A stretch of DNA of 61,327 nt, the filler included. It is 9 parts of 9 records of this genome, joined end to end, with 100 filler letters (N's around TTAATTAATTAA, not from the genome) between each part and the next. Parts side by side here need not be neighbours in the genome. Positions count along the whole stretch, not along the records: positions 16,500 to 21,526 come from SRR31156797_67215; positions 21,627 to 29,171 come from SRR31156797_67285; 7 more parts are not named here. One strand, given 5' to 3'. The notes below the pieces were generated by a model, which had not been told where the DNA came from, searched no databases, and saw only the letters and a list, made by a program, of their open reading frames with translations. The position numbers and the translations under genes were made by a program. Below, piece by piece: positions 18,905-28,612 of the stretch (position 1 is its first letter; each line of letters starts with the position of its first letter).

Positions 18905-19115
18905 GGTTCCTCCCTTTCAGTTAACCGATATTAAAAACCGGATAGCACAGTCCTATTGCGCCACTTTCATTACAGAAATTTTAATGCTACTTCGGACTGA
19001 TCCTCCCCTATACGCTGTATCGGAACTATCTTCCTTGTGGGTCTCCACTTGAATTTCGCCTTTGATATCAGCGTTGCAGGTCACCACGTCCGACACGGAA
19101 GTCTGTGTCGAATCT
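18400..19115 (-). mobile_element. Degenerate, truncated group II intron (RmInt1-like, bacterial class D): RNA DI-3'/DII/DIII remnant plus RT pseudogene
   Basis: Minus-strand RNA motifs GGACGTGGTGACCTG..CAAGTGG..GGGGAGGA..CCGAAGTAG..TGTAATG..GGAGGAACC-ATG, followed by frameshifted RT0-RT2 peptides; boundaries approximate. Confidence 0.85.
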
Positions 19116-19213
19116 AAAGCGAACCAGTCCTTAGGAATAAAGATTTTTTTAATTGCAAAAACATAGAATGTTTATATATGCTGCGCTTTTTCCTGTTTAT
19201 AATGGTAACGCAA

Positions 19214-20206
19214 TTATAAACATCCTGTTTTCCCTCGTTTACAAAACGTATCTAATACACTGTGAGCCCTTGCTATGCCATAAACAAAAAACAGAAGCGA
19301 AAGTTTAATTAGATACTTATATGAATAGTTTTGGGTAGAAATAGTTTTTAAACTTAAAAGGAACGGTGGGGCAATAAGCGCAAAAATTGAGCCTAAAAAG
19401 AAAGCATAATTTTGTTTTATAAGTAATGTAAGAAGGCTGACAGCCAAGAGGGACAAAAAACACAAAAAATAAAAACTGTAGGCTACTGCCCGAAAATTGT
19501 TCATTTTTTTCAAGTTTTTTCCAAACACCTTAAGAACGTGTTGCCCGTGCCATCTGGACTGCCTGTAAAATGAACCTAAATCATTCGGCGCCCCGAAATG
19601 TACCGCAGAAACTTCCGGATCCGAATAAAGGCGGCAGCCGCTTTCGATTAATCTAAAACATAAATCAAAGTCTTCATTTGTGGAAAGAGCATCATTAAAC
19701 CCGTTAATATTTAAAAACTTTTCTCTGGACACAAACATATTGCCCGATGGTAAAGTTCTTGTCTCACCTTGCTTTCGTTTTATTGCGAGATTAAGGTCCC
19801 AGGTTTTTGCGACCCAACTATATTCTTCAGGTGTTAAATGGCTAGATCCCACGGCACCGATTGCAGGATCATCAAAATATTTTAAAGCATTACTCAACCA
19901 CTTCCTGCTTACGGTACAGTCTGCATCAAGAAAAGCAAGCACATCACCCTTTGAATGGGCCACGCCGATATTACGAAGAGTTGAAATATTAGCATCTTCT
20001 TTCATCAGTATTTGCAGATTTAGTCGATCATTAAAGGTGAATGCTATATCACGGGTTCCATCATTAGAGCCATTATCTACTACTATTACCTCGTAACACT
20101 CCACTGGAGTGTCTAACTTTAATATTGAATCCAAACATTTGCCAATGTACTGTGCTTCATTGAAAGCCGGAATAATTATAGAGACAAATTCGTGTGTTTT
20201 TAACAT
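19214..20206 (-). CDS. Glycosyltransferase family 2
   Basis: VSIIIPAFNE, VVDNGSNDGT, AFLDAD and NEDFDLC motifs; C-terminal TM helices. Confidence 0.92.
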   Translation of the reverse strand: MLKTHEFVSIIIPAFNEAQYIGKCLDSILKLDTPVECYEVIVVDNGSNDGTRDIAFTFNDRLNLQILMKEDANISTLRNIGVAHSKGDVLAFLDADCTVSRKWLSNALKYFDDPAIGAVGSSHLTPEEYSWVAKTWDLNLAIKRKQGETRTLPSGNMFVSREKFLNINGFNDALSTNEDFDLCFRLIESGCRLYSDPEVSAVHFGAPNDLGSFYRQSRWHGQHVLKVFGKNLKKMNNFRAVAYSFYFLCFLSLLAVSLLTLLIKQNYAFFLGSIFALIAPPFLLSLKTISTQNYSYKYLIKLSLLFFVYGIARAHSVLDTFCKRGKTGCL

Positions 20207-20251
20207 AGGTCATTCCAATAAATGATCAAGTAGGACGGCACTTAAATGGTA

Positions 20252-21526
20252 TTATCGCATCATCAAATCCGTAGTGTAAATTTTCATAAACTGATCAGAA
20301 ACATGATATAGAGGGACTTTTGATCCATATTGCTGGATATTGCTAATAAACTTATTTAAAGCTTTAATATTGAGAACATTACAATTGACATCATCGACAA
20401 TTTGATTTAGAACTTTCCCATCTCGTAAAAATTCAAAATTATCCCATCCAAGATGTTTCGGTTTTACAGTCCCCTTGGTGAAACTTTGAACCTTTAACCG
20501 TGTATGCTCAGAAATTTTCCGAATCAACCTGGTGATCTCCTGCATTATGAGCGGCGAACTCGCTGATGCCAATATTGCAGCTGTAGGATATTTCAACAAG
20601 TCTGGGGCGTACCGGCGTAGCACCGCCTGATTGAAAGCATTATACGCCTTAAACGGAAATGAAATCTGACTTGCCAACAAATAAAGCTCTTGATCTGCGA
20701 AGATATGAAAAATATTTAAATTTGAACGACAGCTAAGCATCTGGGAAGTACCGTACCGTGACCCACGATACCCTGTCAAATAGGCTTCAATAAGTTGTTC
20801 AGGTGTATTGACTCCACGCCTTTGAAGGCTACTCAGAGTATACTCAACATCAGCATTGATATTTTCCTTGATATCCGGAATACTCATCCAAAAATCCGAA
20901 TCTACATACCACGGCTTCTCAAATTCATCGTTTCTCAAAAAGTCATAAACAATAGAAAGATCTTTATTTTTATTTTCTTTCCGGAGACCGTATTTCCTTA
21001 AGAAATTTGAAAGGACAAGAAACATTTTCTCCCGGTTGCCGACACAAAAATCAAAACCATAGTGACCGCCAACCAACTCTCCAAGCAAACCAGAGGTAAC
21101 ACCGCCTATACCCATTTCCCTAAATCGTGAACCAGCCCTATGCCAGTGTGGGTAAATGACATTTTCAACCCGCTCAAACCCTTTTTTCAGGCTTTGAGGG
21201 TCATATAAGTGGTTGTTAACCGGTTCCAGATGACAATTGATTTTTGAATCTTTATAAATCTGCTTAGTTATATCGAGTTCTCGACTTTCAATATCACCGT
21301 GAGAGTAACCTAAAAGTTGTTTGGAATCAATCTGATCCCGGAGAGCCGCAAAAATAAGACGTGAATCCCACCCTGCAGAACTCATCAAAGCAAGTTTATC
21401 TTCATTTAGTGTACATCTTTTAACGGCATCTTTCAGGCTGACCCAAAATCGATCGATAGCCGAGTCAAAATCCTCCTCACCCAGTACGTCTGTCCATGCT
21501 CTGCTTGTTTCAACTATCCGAAGTCG
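20252..21526 (-). CDS. Asparagine synthase-like (adenine-nucleotide alpha hydrolase) protein (5'-truncated)
   Basis: Frame is open to the contig end; ALMSSAGWDSRLI PP-loop and SGLLGELVGG; located in a polysaccharide locus. Confidence 0.72.
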   Translation of the reverse strand, partial: RLRIVETSRAWTDVLGEEDFDSAIDRFWVSLKDAVKRCTLNEDKLALMSSAGWDSRLIFAALRDQIDSKQLLGYSHGDIESRELDITKQIYKDSKINCHLEPVNNHLYDPQSLKKGFERVENVIYPHWHRAGSRFREMGIGGVTSGLLGELVGGHYGFDFCVGNREKMFLVLSNFLRKYGLRKENKNKDLSIVYDFLRNDEFEKPWYVDSDFWMSIPDIKENINADVEYTLSSLQRRGVNTPEQLIEAYLTGYRGSRYGTSQMLSCRSNLNIFHIFADQELYLLASQISFPFKAYNAFNQAVLRRYAPDLLKYPTAAILASASSPLIMQEITRLIRKISEHTRLKVQSFTKGTVKPKHLGWDNFEFLRDGKVLNQIVDDVNCNVLNIKALNKFISNIQQYGSKVPLYHVSDQFMKIYTTDLMMR

Positions 21527-21626
21527 NNNNNNNNNNNNNNNNNNNNNNNNNNNNNNNNNNNNNNNNNNNNTTAATTAATTAANNNNNNNNNNNNNNNNNN
21601 NNNNNNNNNNNNNNNNNNNNNNNNNN
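21527..21626. other. Artificial contig linker
   Basis: N-run, TTAATTAATTAA, N-run. Confidence 0.99.
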
Positions 21627-22378
21627 GTGTTGGCCAGGCGGTCAACCACACCGGACTCTTTCATGATGTTACCAAAGAAAAAGGGACCCAGCAGCGGGAT
21701 GGACGCCGGTGCCATAAAACAGCAGAGGAAGAGGCCGGCCACCGGAAAGATCATCAGTTCTTTTTTGGACACGGGTCTGGGTTCGGGCATGTGGATAATC
21801 CGTTCCTGGCGGGTCGTTAAAAGCCGCATGATCGGTGGCTGAATGATGGGAATCAATGCCATATATGAGTAGGCTGCTATGGCGATGGGCCCGATGAGGT
21901 GGGGCGCCAGCTTGGCGGTTAGAAAAATGGATGTGGGTCCGTCAGCGCCGCCGATAATAGCGATGGAAGCCGCCTCTTTGGGCATGAACCCTAATGCCAT
22001 GGCACTCAATAGGGTTGCCCAGATGCCGGTCTGGGCCGCGGCCCCCAAAAGCATGAGTTTGGGCCTGGCCAGCAGAGAGGAAAAGTCTGTCATGGCCCCC
22101 AGCCCCAGAAAAACGATGGACGGATAAACGCCGGTGGTCACCCCGAAGTAAAGATAGTGAAGGACGGAGTTTTGTTCATAGATTCCCAGCCCAAAGCCTT
22201 TGAAAAATGGGATATTACCTATCAGAACACCAAAACCAATAGGCAGTAGCAGGAGGGGCTCGTACTCTTTGGCAATGGCCAGGTAAACAAATAAAGAGCC
22301 GATGGCCAGCATGACAAAATTTCCATAACTTGCGAGGTAAAAACCAGTGTTTGATAAAAACTGGAGAAGTAGTTCCAT
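21627..22378 (-). CDS. oadB: Na+-translocating decarboxylase beta subunit (3'-truncated)
   Basis: EPLLLLPIGFG, GAMTDF, IIGGADGPT and AAYSYMAL signature motifs. Confidence 0.93.
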
Positions 22379-22478
22379 TCTTCTTTTCCTAATTATTGTG
22401 TCTGTTTCGCGTAACGCTATTCACAATGCCGGGTCTTAACCGGGCTGGTATAGCTCAAGCCAGTTCGTGTCCGACGGC

Positions 22479-22877
22479 TTATCTGTTCCAAATAAATAGA
22501 CCCTCACCCGCCTGCTTCAGTATCCCGGCTTCTCTAAACCGGCTGGCTGTCAGAACAGGGTGGGGAAAATTGTTTTCCTCTGCAACCCGGTAAAGCCCGC
22601 TTAACTCAAAGGGCTGTTCAAGCTTGTCGATAAGCTGCTGGTAGATTTCGGCTGTTTCCGAAATGTCTGTCGGCAATACCTTGGGAACTGATATCTCATC
22701 CTTGAGCTTGGCAGCGGGTTCCGCGGCCGGCGTATCTTTTTTGTCAAAGACGGCAACGACTTTGTGCAGTTGAGAGATGATAATGGAGAGAATGGTGAGT
22801 CCCGACATTACTATCAGCGGCCCGGTGATGGCCATTGCCCAGCCATTATAAGCACTTATGGCTTCTAATCCGTACAA
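22479..22877 (-). CDS. oadG: OadG-family (gamma/delta) decarboxylase subunit
   Basis: Single N-terminal TM (GWAMAITGPLIVMSGLTIL), Ala/Pro linker, upstream of oadB, GGAGG RBS and TTG start. Confidence 0.75.
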   Translation of the reverse strand: MYGLEAISAYNGWAMAITGPLIVMSGLTILSIIISQLHKVVAVFDKKDTPAAEPAAKLKDEISVPKVLPTDISETAEIYQQLIDKLEQPFELSGLYRVAEENNFPHPVLTASRFREAGILKQAGEGLFIWNR

Positions 22878-22879
22878 AA

Positions 22880-23323
22880 TTAATCCTCCTGTCCCTTTTG
22901 TTGTAATCCCCTGGCTATGGTCCGTCGTTCCGAGGCGATTTTGTCAATTTTTGTCATTATTTTTTCCCCCAGCGTATTGTCCTCCTGTATCAGCTCAAAG
23001 AAAACCCGGCTCGATATTTCCAATACCTCCCCGGCCCTTTTGGCCTTAACGGTTCCGATATAGCTGAATGGATGGACAACGGTAGACCAGCCCATAACCT
23101 CACCCTTTCGATCTAAAATATTCGAATGACCTTCTTCGAAAGTGACCTCATACGTTCCGGAGAGGATAACGAAGAAAGTAAGGGCCGGAGTTCCTCGTTC
23201 AATTATAACCTCTTCGGCTTCAACAGTTCTGGATTTAAAGGCTGCGGCACACGCTTCCAACTCATGCGTGCTCAAATCCATAAAAAAATCAAGGGGTTTA
23301 AGAATATGGGCGTCAATACTCAT
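22880..23323 (-). CDS. Stand-alone cyclic nucleotide-binding domain protein
   Basis: IIERG..A..FFVILSG..EV and GEVMGW CAP effector fold; no HTH domain. Confidence 0.82.
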   Translation of the reverse strand: MSIDAHILKPLDFFMDLSTHELEACAAAFKSRTVEAEEVIIERGTPALTFFVILSGTYEVTFEEGHSNILDRKGEVMGWSTVVHPFSYIGTVKAKRAGEVLEISSRVFFELIQEDNTLGEKIMTKIDKIASERRTIARGLQQKGQED

Positions 23324-23607
23324 AAATGCCTCCTTATATTTACTGTAAGCTTGATTTTCTAACCAAATAACCTTCGGATGTCAAGTCGAACCTGAGACCG
23401 GCAATTCCGGGTCCCGGTCAGACTAGTAGACCTCTTTAGGACGGAGGGCCGGGAATTCACCCAGGGAACCGCGCCTCCTGCTGCCGGTGTTGTGTCGCCA
23501 AAATCATTGTCTTTTTCAACCGGGGCCATGGGCCAGGCCGCAATCGCATATGCGGCCGATTCATGGGGTGTGTTGCCGTTTGGGTGGCTTCACCTTTTAC
23601 ATTTTTT

Positions 23608-24930
23608 TTATACACCGTTGGAGATTGTATCCCCCGTGACAAGGTCAATGGTCAGGTCCCTGTCTTGGGGCGGGAGATCGGACCACCAGCCGTAAATCAG
23701 GTCTTCCTGCATCCAGCTGACAAATTTCAGCCAGGGGTTGAATCCCTCGGTGTCCAATGGATTTGCCGGCATCACCTCATTCCCCTTTAAATGGGCCATA
23801 TAGGCTTTGGCGATCTGATGGTTGATCAGGTCCGCTTGTTTTTTTCCCACCTTGTATTTTGCAAGGGCCGCATCGGCCAGTTTTTTGGTCCCCTCAAAGA
23901 CATAATGGTCTGCATATTCTGCAAAATCGCTGCCCATGGACGGGATGGACCGTATGGCAGTACTCCTGATGTCAACCCGGCTTCCCCTGTTGATGCGGAT
24001 TCTTCTGTAGGGACAGGGAGCCGTAACCAGTGATCCGGTTTCTATGTCGAATATGAAGCGTCCGTTTGTTTTTTTCCGGGTGATGTCCTGGGCATGGAAA
24101 TGGCCGGTAAATGTCAGGGATACCCCATATGCCCCCAGCAGGCCTGCTATGGTTTCGTCGTCTGCGATAACATACTCGTCATAGAATTTTTTGTTGGCCG
24201 GATAGTGTTCCATAATGCCGTGGTGCTGCATGGCCATGACGGCTTTGCCCGCCTGCTTGGCCGTGATGAGCTGCTCCTCAATCCAGGCCAGGGTCTCCTT
24301 GGAAAATGCGCCTCCGGTGATGGGATGATGGCCGGGCCGGTTTTCCTTCCACCGGCAGGAGTCAAGGGCCAGAAGGCACAGCCCTTCCACCGGCTCTGCC
24401 GTATAGCTCAATGAATGGCGGTCCCGGGCCAGGGCCTGGCCATACCCGAAATCCTGGTAAATTTTGATAAAATCATCGGGTCCTGCACCGGCCACGGTTT
24501 GGGTTTTTTCCCCTGAGAACCGGACCGCTTCGGGATTGGATACATCATGGTTTCCCGGGACCACGAATATTTTTTTGCCGGATCGTTTCAATGCCCTTAA
24601 ATGCTCGGCCATTGCCCGGTGGCAGACCATTTCCCCGTCCTTTGTCAGGTCTCCGCAGACCAGAACGAAATCAGCCTTTTCAGCGGCAATGGCCCGGACG
24701 GCGGTGGTGATAATCTCATCGCTCAGGACCAGGAGCTTTCGGTCACTGTCAAGATAGTCCTGGAAGGCCTGACCCGTCGTTCCCAGGCTGGTATCGTAAA
24801 GGTGGGTGTCTGAGAGGACGAAAAACCGGGTGTCCGGAAGGGGAAGGTCCCTGGCGGCCAGGGCCTGTGCCTCGGGGTCATTCTGGTAGAAAAAGGGCTG
24901 CTTGGATGAACAGGCAATGAGAGGGATCAT
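23608..24930 (-). CDS. Calcineurin-like metallophosphoesterase
   Basis: SDTH, GDLTKDG, PGNHD, MQHH and GHFH motifs. Confidence 0.9.
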   Translation of the reverse strand: MIPLIACSSKQPFFYQNDPEAQALAARDLPLPDTRFFVLSDTHLYDTSLGTTGQAFQDYLDSDRKLLVLSDEIITTAVRAIAAEKADFVLVCGDLTKDGEMVCHRAMAEHLRALKRSGKKIFVVPGNHDVSNPEAVRFSGEKTQTVAGAGPDDFIKIYQDFGYGQALARDRHSLSYTAEPVEGLCLLALDSCRWKENRPGHHPITGGAFSKETLAWIEEQLITAKQAGKAVMAMQHHGIMEHYPANKKFYDEYVIADDETIAGLLGAYGVSLTFTGHFHAQDITRKKTNGRFIFDIETGSLVTAPCPYRRIRINRGSRVDIRSTAIRSIPSMGSDFAEYADHYVFEGTKKLADAALAKYKVGKKQADLINHQIAKAYMAHLKGNEVMPANPLDTEGFNPWLKFVSWMQEDLIYGWWSDLPPQDRDLTIDLVTGDTISNGV

Positions 24931-25272
24931 CTTTTTTCCTTTGTAATTTTAATCGGATAACTGATTTACCTTATCCCAAGAGAGTGGAAAACGGCAAGGG
25001 TAATTTTTCGGGGGAGTGTTGACATTGATTGTAAAGTTATATAATTTTTTTCTTATTATAGGAGTGTTTTTTATAGATCCTTTTTTTTCACCGAAAACGG
25101 AGTTCTTAAGCAACGGAGGATATTGCCATAGATATCAATTGCCTTTATCTTAGGGCACCCTGAAATCAATTTGATCAATGCTGCAGTTCTTCTTCATGGT
25201 TCGTTTCAAATAGATGGTCGACAGGCATACCGGTCAGCCGGTGTCATAATCTAAATTTGCAAAGGAGCAGGG

Positions 25273-26124
25273 ATGAAAAGAATTATTGTGACAGACAGTA
25301 CAGCGGACATTCCTTTGGATCTTGTCAGAAAATTGGGCATCAAGGTTATGCCGGTAAACCTGGTATTGGACAATAAATCATACCGTGACGGGGTGGATAT
25401 CAGCCGGAGCGGTTTTTATGAGCGGTTTGAAGCATACGCCGCCATGACCTCGGAACCTGTCCGGTATGAGGATTATGCCCTGGATCTGATTCAGACGGCC
25501 CAGGAATATGACGAGATCCTCGCCATTCACTGCAGTAAATATTTATCCCAGACCTATACCCTGGCAGACAAAGTGTTCAGCGATTATCTGGAAAAGGGCA
25601 GGGCCAGGGGCGGGGTGATTGATTCCGGCCAGTGCAGTATGGGGCTGGGAATGGTGGTGATTGAGGCTGCAAAAGCCATGCAGGAGGGGAAGAACTTTGA
25701 CCAGGTTGCCCATGTCGCCAGGCAGGCCAGCAGCCGGATGAAGTCCTATATGGCCGTTCCCACCTTAAAGTATCTGAAAAAAAATAATAAGATCGGCGGA
25801 ATGAAAGCCATGCTGGGTCTGGCCATGGGGGTGAAACCGGTTCTTGAAATGAGCCAGGGGAAAATGGTCATCAAGTCAAAACTTTTAGGAAAGCAGAAAA
25901 ATATGATTCTGGCCATGATGGATAAGATAAAGGAGGATGTGGCGGGAAAGCCCATCAGCCTTTCCATTATTTACAGCGGGGACAAAAGCCTGGTGAAGCG
26001 GCTCAAAGAGGTTTTTGAAGCGACCTTTGACTGCAGGGATCTTTATATCTCCAGGTTCGGGCCGTCCGTGGCCATCAATACCGGTCCGGAGTCATATGCG
26101 GTGTTTTTTACCCCCCATGAATAG
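25273..26124 (+). CDS. DegV family fatty-acid-binding protein
   Basis: IVTDSTADI, IDS..CSMGLG, L.YL, KPVL and NTGP motifs. Confidence 0.9.
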   Translation: MKRIIVTDSTADIPLDLVRKLGIKVMPVNLVLDNKSYRDGVDISRSGFYERFEAYAAMTSEPVRYEDYALDLIQTAQEYDEILAIHCSKYLSQTYTLADKVFSDYLEKGRARGGVIDSGQCSMGLGMVVIEAAKAMQEGKNFDQVAHVARQASSRMKSYMAVPTLKYLKKNNKIGGMKAMLGLAMGVKPVLEMSQGKMVIKSKLLGKQKNMILAMMDKIKEDVAGKPISLSIIYSGDKSLVKRLKEVFEATFDCRDLYISRFGPSVAINTGPESYAVFFTPHE

Positions 26125-26141
26125 GGGATGGCTTGTCCGGT

Positions 26142-26762
26142 TTAAGGTTTATAAATTGTTTTCAAGAGGGCATGCCCCCTTTCCTTTATCTCTGCGATAA
26201 CATTGGTGAGTTCCGGAACCACTTGTTCGGCATAGCCCAGACATTTTTTGTATACGGACAGGGTGGGAACAGCCCCCATCAGGCAGGCGGTTTTATAATT
26301 TTTAAAGTCCAGGCTGGTGTCCAGTTCCCAGGCAACAGCCGCACAAAGGGGGGCGGCAATAAAGATCATCCGTCCCATGGTTCCCCGGGACCGGTACAGG
26401 GCCCGAAACAGGCCGCCTGCCTGGAGCACTGCACCGGCGGCCAGGCAGATCAGGACGGCGGTCAGGGAGAGCTCTCCTGAGAGCAGGAATAGATTATGGC
26501 TAAAAATATCGGCAATTGCCCCGGAGGGTTCCGGATGAAGCTCCATGAATTTTCGTCCCACCGGTGTGGCCGTATACAGGTGCCAGAGCCACTTTAGTGT
26601 CTGGAGTGAAAAGAAAATGAGGGCCCCTGTAAAGACTGCCAGAAAAAAGGATTTAAGGGCCATAATCAGAATTGAGGCCCCATATTGAATGCCTGAATTA
26701 TCTTTTACGGCGGCGGCCAGGGCGTTTGTTCGATTTTTGAGATGGGCAATTGATTTTTTCAT
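26142..26762 (-). CDS. Hypothetical membrane protein
   Basis: 206-aa ORF with about 4 hydrophobic segments filling the gap between genes. Confidence 0.65.
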   Translation of the reverse strand: MKKSIAHLKNRTNALAAAVKDNSGIQYGASILIMALKSFFLAVFTGALIFFSLQTLKWLWHLYTATPVGRKFMELHPEPSGAIADIFSHNLFLLSGELSLTAVLICLAAGAVLQAGGLFRALYRSRGTMGRMIFIAAPLCAAVAWELDTSLDFKNYKTACLMGAVPTLSVYKKCLGYAEQVVPELTNVIAEIKERGHALLKTIYKP

Positions 26763-26785
26763 TATGGGGGTCTCCCGGTTCCCTT

Positions 26786-26851
26786 GAGATTAGATGGATT
26801 CACACGTGAGATTAGATGGATTTACACATGGGTTTAGATGGATTTATACGC
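26786..26851. repeat. Three tandem 22-bp direct repeats in a divergent intergenic region
   Basis: GAGATTAGATGGATTCACACGT / GAGATTAGATGGATTTACACAT / GGGTTTAGATGGATTTATACGC. Confidence 0.9.
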
Positions 26852-26930
26852 AAATGCCTGTATTGTCAAGATGGGTTTGAAACGGTATAACCGGGTATGG
26901 GGTCCGGCCCCCTGCCAGGGTCATTTAAAT

Positions 26931-27719
26931 ATGGAGGGTAAATTGGGGTATTTAAATTTGGATTCAGGTCCTCGGATTTACTATGAGCGGCTGGAAGGGG
27001 ATGCGGGCTGTCCCTGGCTTATTTTCCTCCACGAAGGGCTGGGCTGTATTCCCATGTGGGGGGCGTTTCCCCGGGAACTTTGCCGGAGGACCGGATGCCC
27101 GGGCCTGGTTTACGACAGATCCGGTTACGGGCGGTCATCGGCCCTTGACGCTGCCCGGACCATTCATTATATGCATGATTATGCCCTGGGTGAGCTGCCC
27201 GGGGTCATCCAGGCCCTTATTCCGGGAAAACCCTTTATATTGGTGGGCCATTCCGACGGAGGGAGCATCGGCCTTATTTACGGTGCCCAAAGACCGCCCC
27301 TTTTGAAAGGGATTGTCTCGGAAGCGGCCCATGTCTTTGTCGAACCCGAGACCATTGAAGGGATTCGCAGGGCTGACAAGGCCTTTGACCAGGGAAAGTT
27401 TCAGCGGCTTTACACCTACCACGGGGACAAGACCCGGCAGATCTTTAAAGCCTGGTCCGACACCTGGCAGACCGAATGGTTCCGCCATTGGAATATTCAA
27501 TACCTGCTGCCGTCGATCACCTGCCCTGTCCTGGTCATCCAGGGGGACAAAGACCCCTACGGCAGCCCGGACCAGGTGGCGGCAATCCAATCAGGTGTCC
27601 GGGGGCAGGCGGACCCGTATTTCGTTGAAAACTGCGGGCATGCCCCCCATTCGGAACAGCCGGAACCCGTGCTGGGGAAAATATCCGGGTTTACGGAGAA
27701 GATTAAAGGATGCCCATGA
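26931..27719 (+). CDS. Alpha/beta fold hydrolase (start 26931, or TTG 26943)
   Basis: FLHEGLG, YDRSGYG, GHSDGG nucleophile elbow, QGDKDPY and CGHAPH motifs. Confidence 0.9.
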   Translation: MEGKLGYLNLDSGPRIYYERLEGDAGCPWLIFLHEGLGCIPMWGAFPRELCRRTGCPGLVYDRSGYGRSSALDAARTIHYMHDYALGELPGVIQALIPGKPFILVGHSDGGSIGLIYGAQRPPLLKGIVSEAAHVFVEPETIEGIRRADKAFDQGKFQRLYTYHGDKTRQIFKAWSDTWQTEWFRHWNIQYLLPSITCPVLVIQGDKDPYGSPDQVAAIQSGVRGQADPYFVENCGHAPHSEQPEPVLGKISGFTEKIKGCP

Positions 27720-28519
27720 TTGATACCCTGTTTTTTTGGCTGTCCAAGCTCGTTTGGCTGGTGATTTCCCCGGATATTCTTCTGGTTTTTTTGGGGATTG
27801 CAGGGCTTTGCTTCCTCTATTCCGGGGCCGTTAAAAAAGCCGGCATTATTTTTACGCTTCTGGTTTTATCCATGGGGGCCATCGCTGTTTTCCCCCTGGG
27901 TCAATGGGTATTATCTCCCCTGGAAAACAGATTTCCGCCCAATCCGGATCTGCCGGAAACAGTGGACGGGATCATCATCCTGGGGGGCGCGGAAAATGCC
28001 TATAAGTCAAGATTATGGGGACAGCCTGAACTGACGTCTGCAGGGGAGCGGTATATAGGTTTTGTGGATCTGATGGGGCGGTATCCGGATGCGGTCTGCC
28101 TGTTCACCGGCGGTTCAGGTGATTTTGAGCGGCCGGATGACAAGGCAGCCACGGTGGCCCGCCAGGTGTTTGGGGCCCTGGGCCTGTCCCGGATTCTATT
28201 TGAGGAAATGTCCAGAAATACCTATGAAAACGCGAAGTTTTCCAAGGCCATGGCCCGGCCCCAGCCCAATGAAAACTGGGTATTGGTCACCACTTCATGG
28301 CATATGCCCAGGGCCGTGGGGGTGTTTGAAAAATTCGGGTGGGAGGTGATTCCCTATCCTGTGGACCATCTGACCCATCCGGGAGGAGGATTTGATCCGG
28401 GCCTCAATTTTGCAGGCAATCTGAATACCTTAACCTGGGGCGTAAGGGAGTGGGCCGGACTTTTGGCCTATTATGCCGCCGGGAAAACATCCGCCCTTTT
28501 TCCGCCGGCCGGGATATAA
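27716..28519 (+). CDS. YdcF/ElyC (DUF218) family envelope protein
   Basis: N-terminal TMs; IIILGG, SRNTYENA and LVTTSWHMPRA motifs; ATGA overlap with the upstream gene. Confidence 0.9.
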   Translation: MIDTLFFWLSKLVWLVISPDILLVFLGIAGLCFLYSGAVKKAGIIFTLLVLSMGAIAVFPLGQWVLSPLENRFPPNPDLPETVDGIIILGGAENAYKSRLWGQPELTSAGERYIGFVDLMGRYPDAVCLFTGGSGDFERPDDKAATVARQVFGALGLSRILFEEMSRNTYENAKFSKAMARPQPNENWVLVTTSWHMPRAVGVFEKFGWEVIPYPVDHLTHPGGGFDPGLNFAGNLNTLTWGVREWAGLLAYYAAGKTSALFPPAGI

Positions 28520-28612
28520 GGAAAAGTTCTTTTCACCTTGTGTTTTATCCCTGGAAAATCTTTTGGCCCTGGGTGATGCCCCTCCCGGCCGGGACCGGGA
28601 GGGGAGATCGGC

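Noticed and set aside
18273..19052. ORF-track ORFs 18273-18521, 18286-18537, 18554-18886 and 18741-19052
   Set aside because: They are shadow frames over the decayed group II intron and lack coherent protein features.
23390..23600. GC-rich hairpins upstream of the cNMP-oadG-oadB operon as a possible Na+ or c-di-GMP riboswitch
   Set aside because: I could not match a riboswitch consensus, and a TTGACA promoter-like element (23379-23384, minus strand) lies downstream of the hairpins. An Infernal/Rfam scan would settle it.
26786..26851. Possible mini-CRISPR array
   Set aside because: The repeats are contiguous with no unique spacers, and no cas genes are present.
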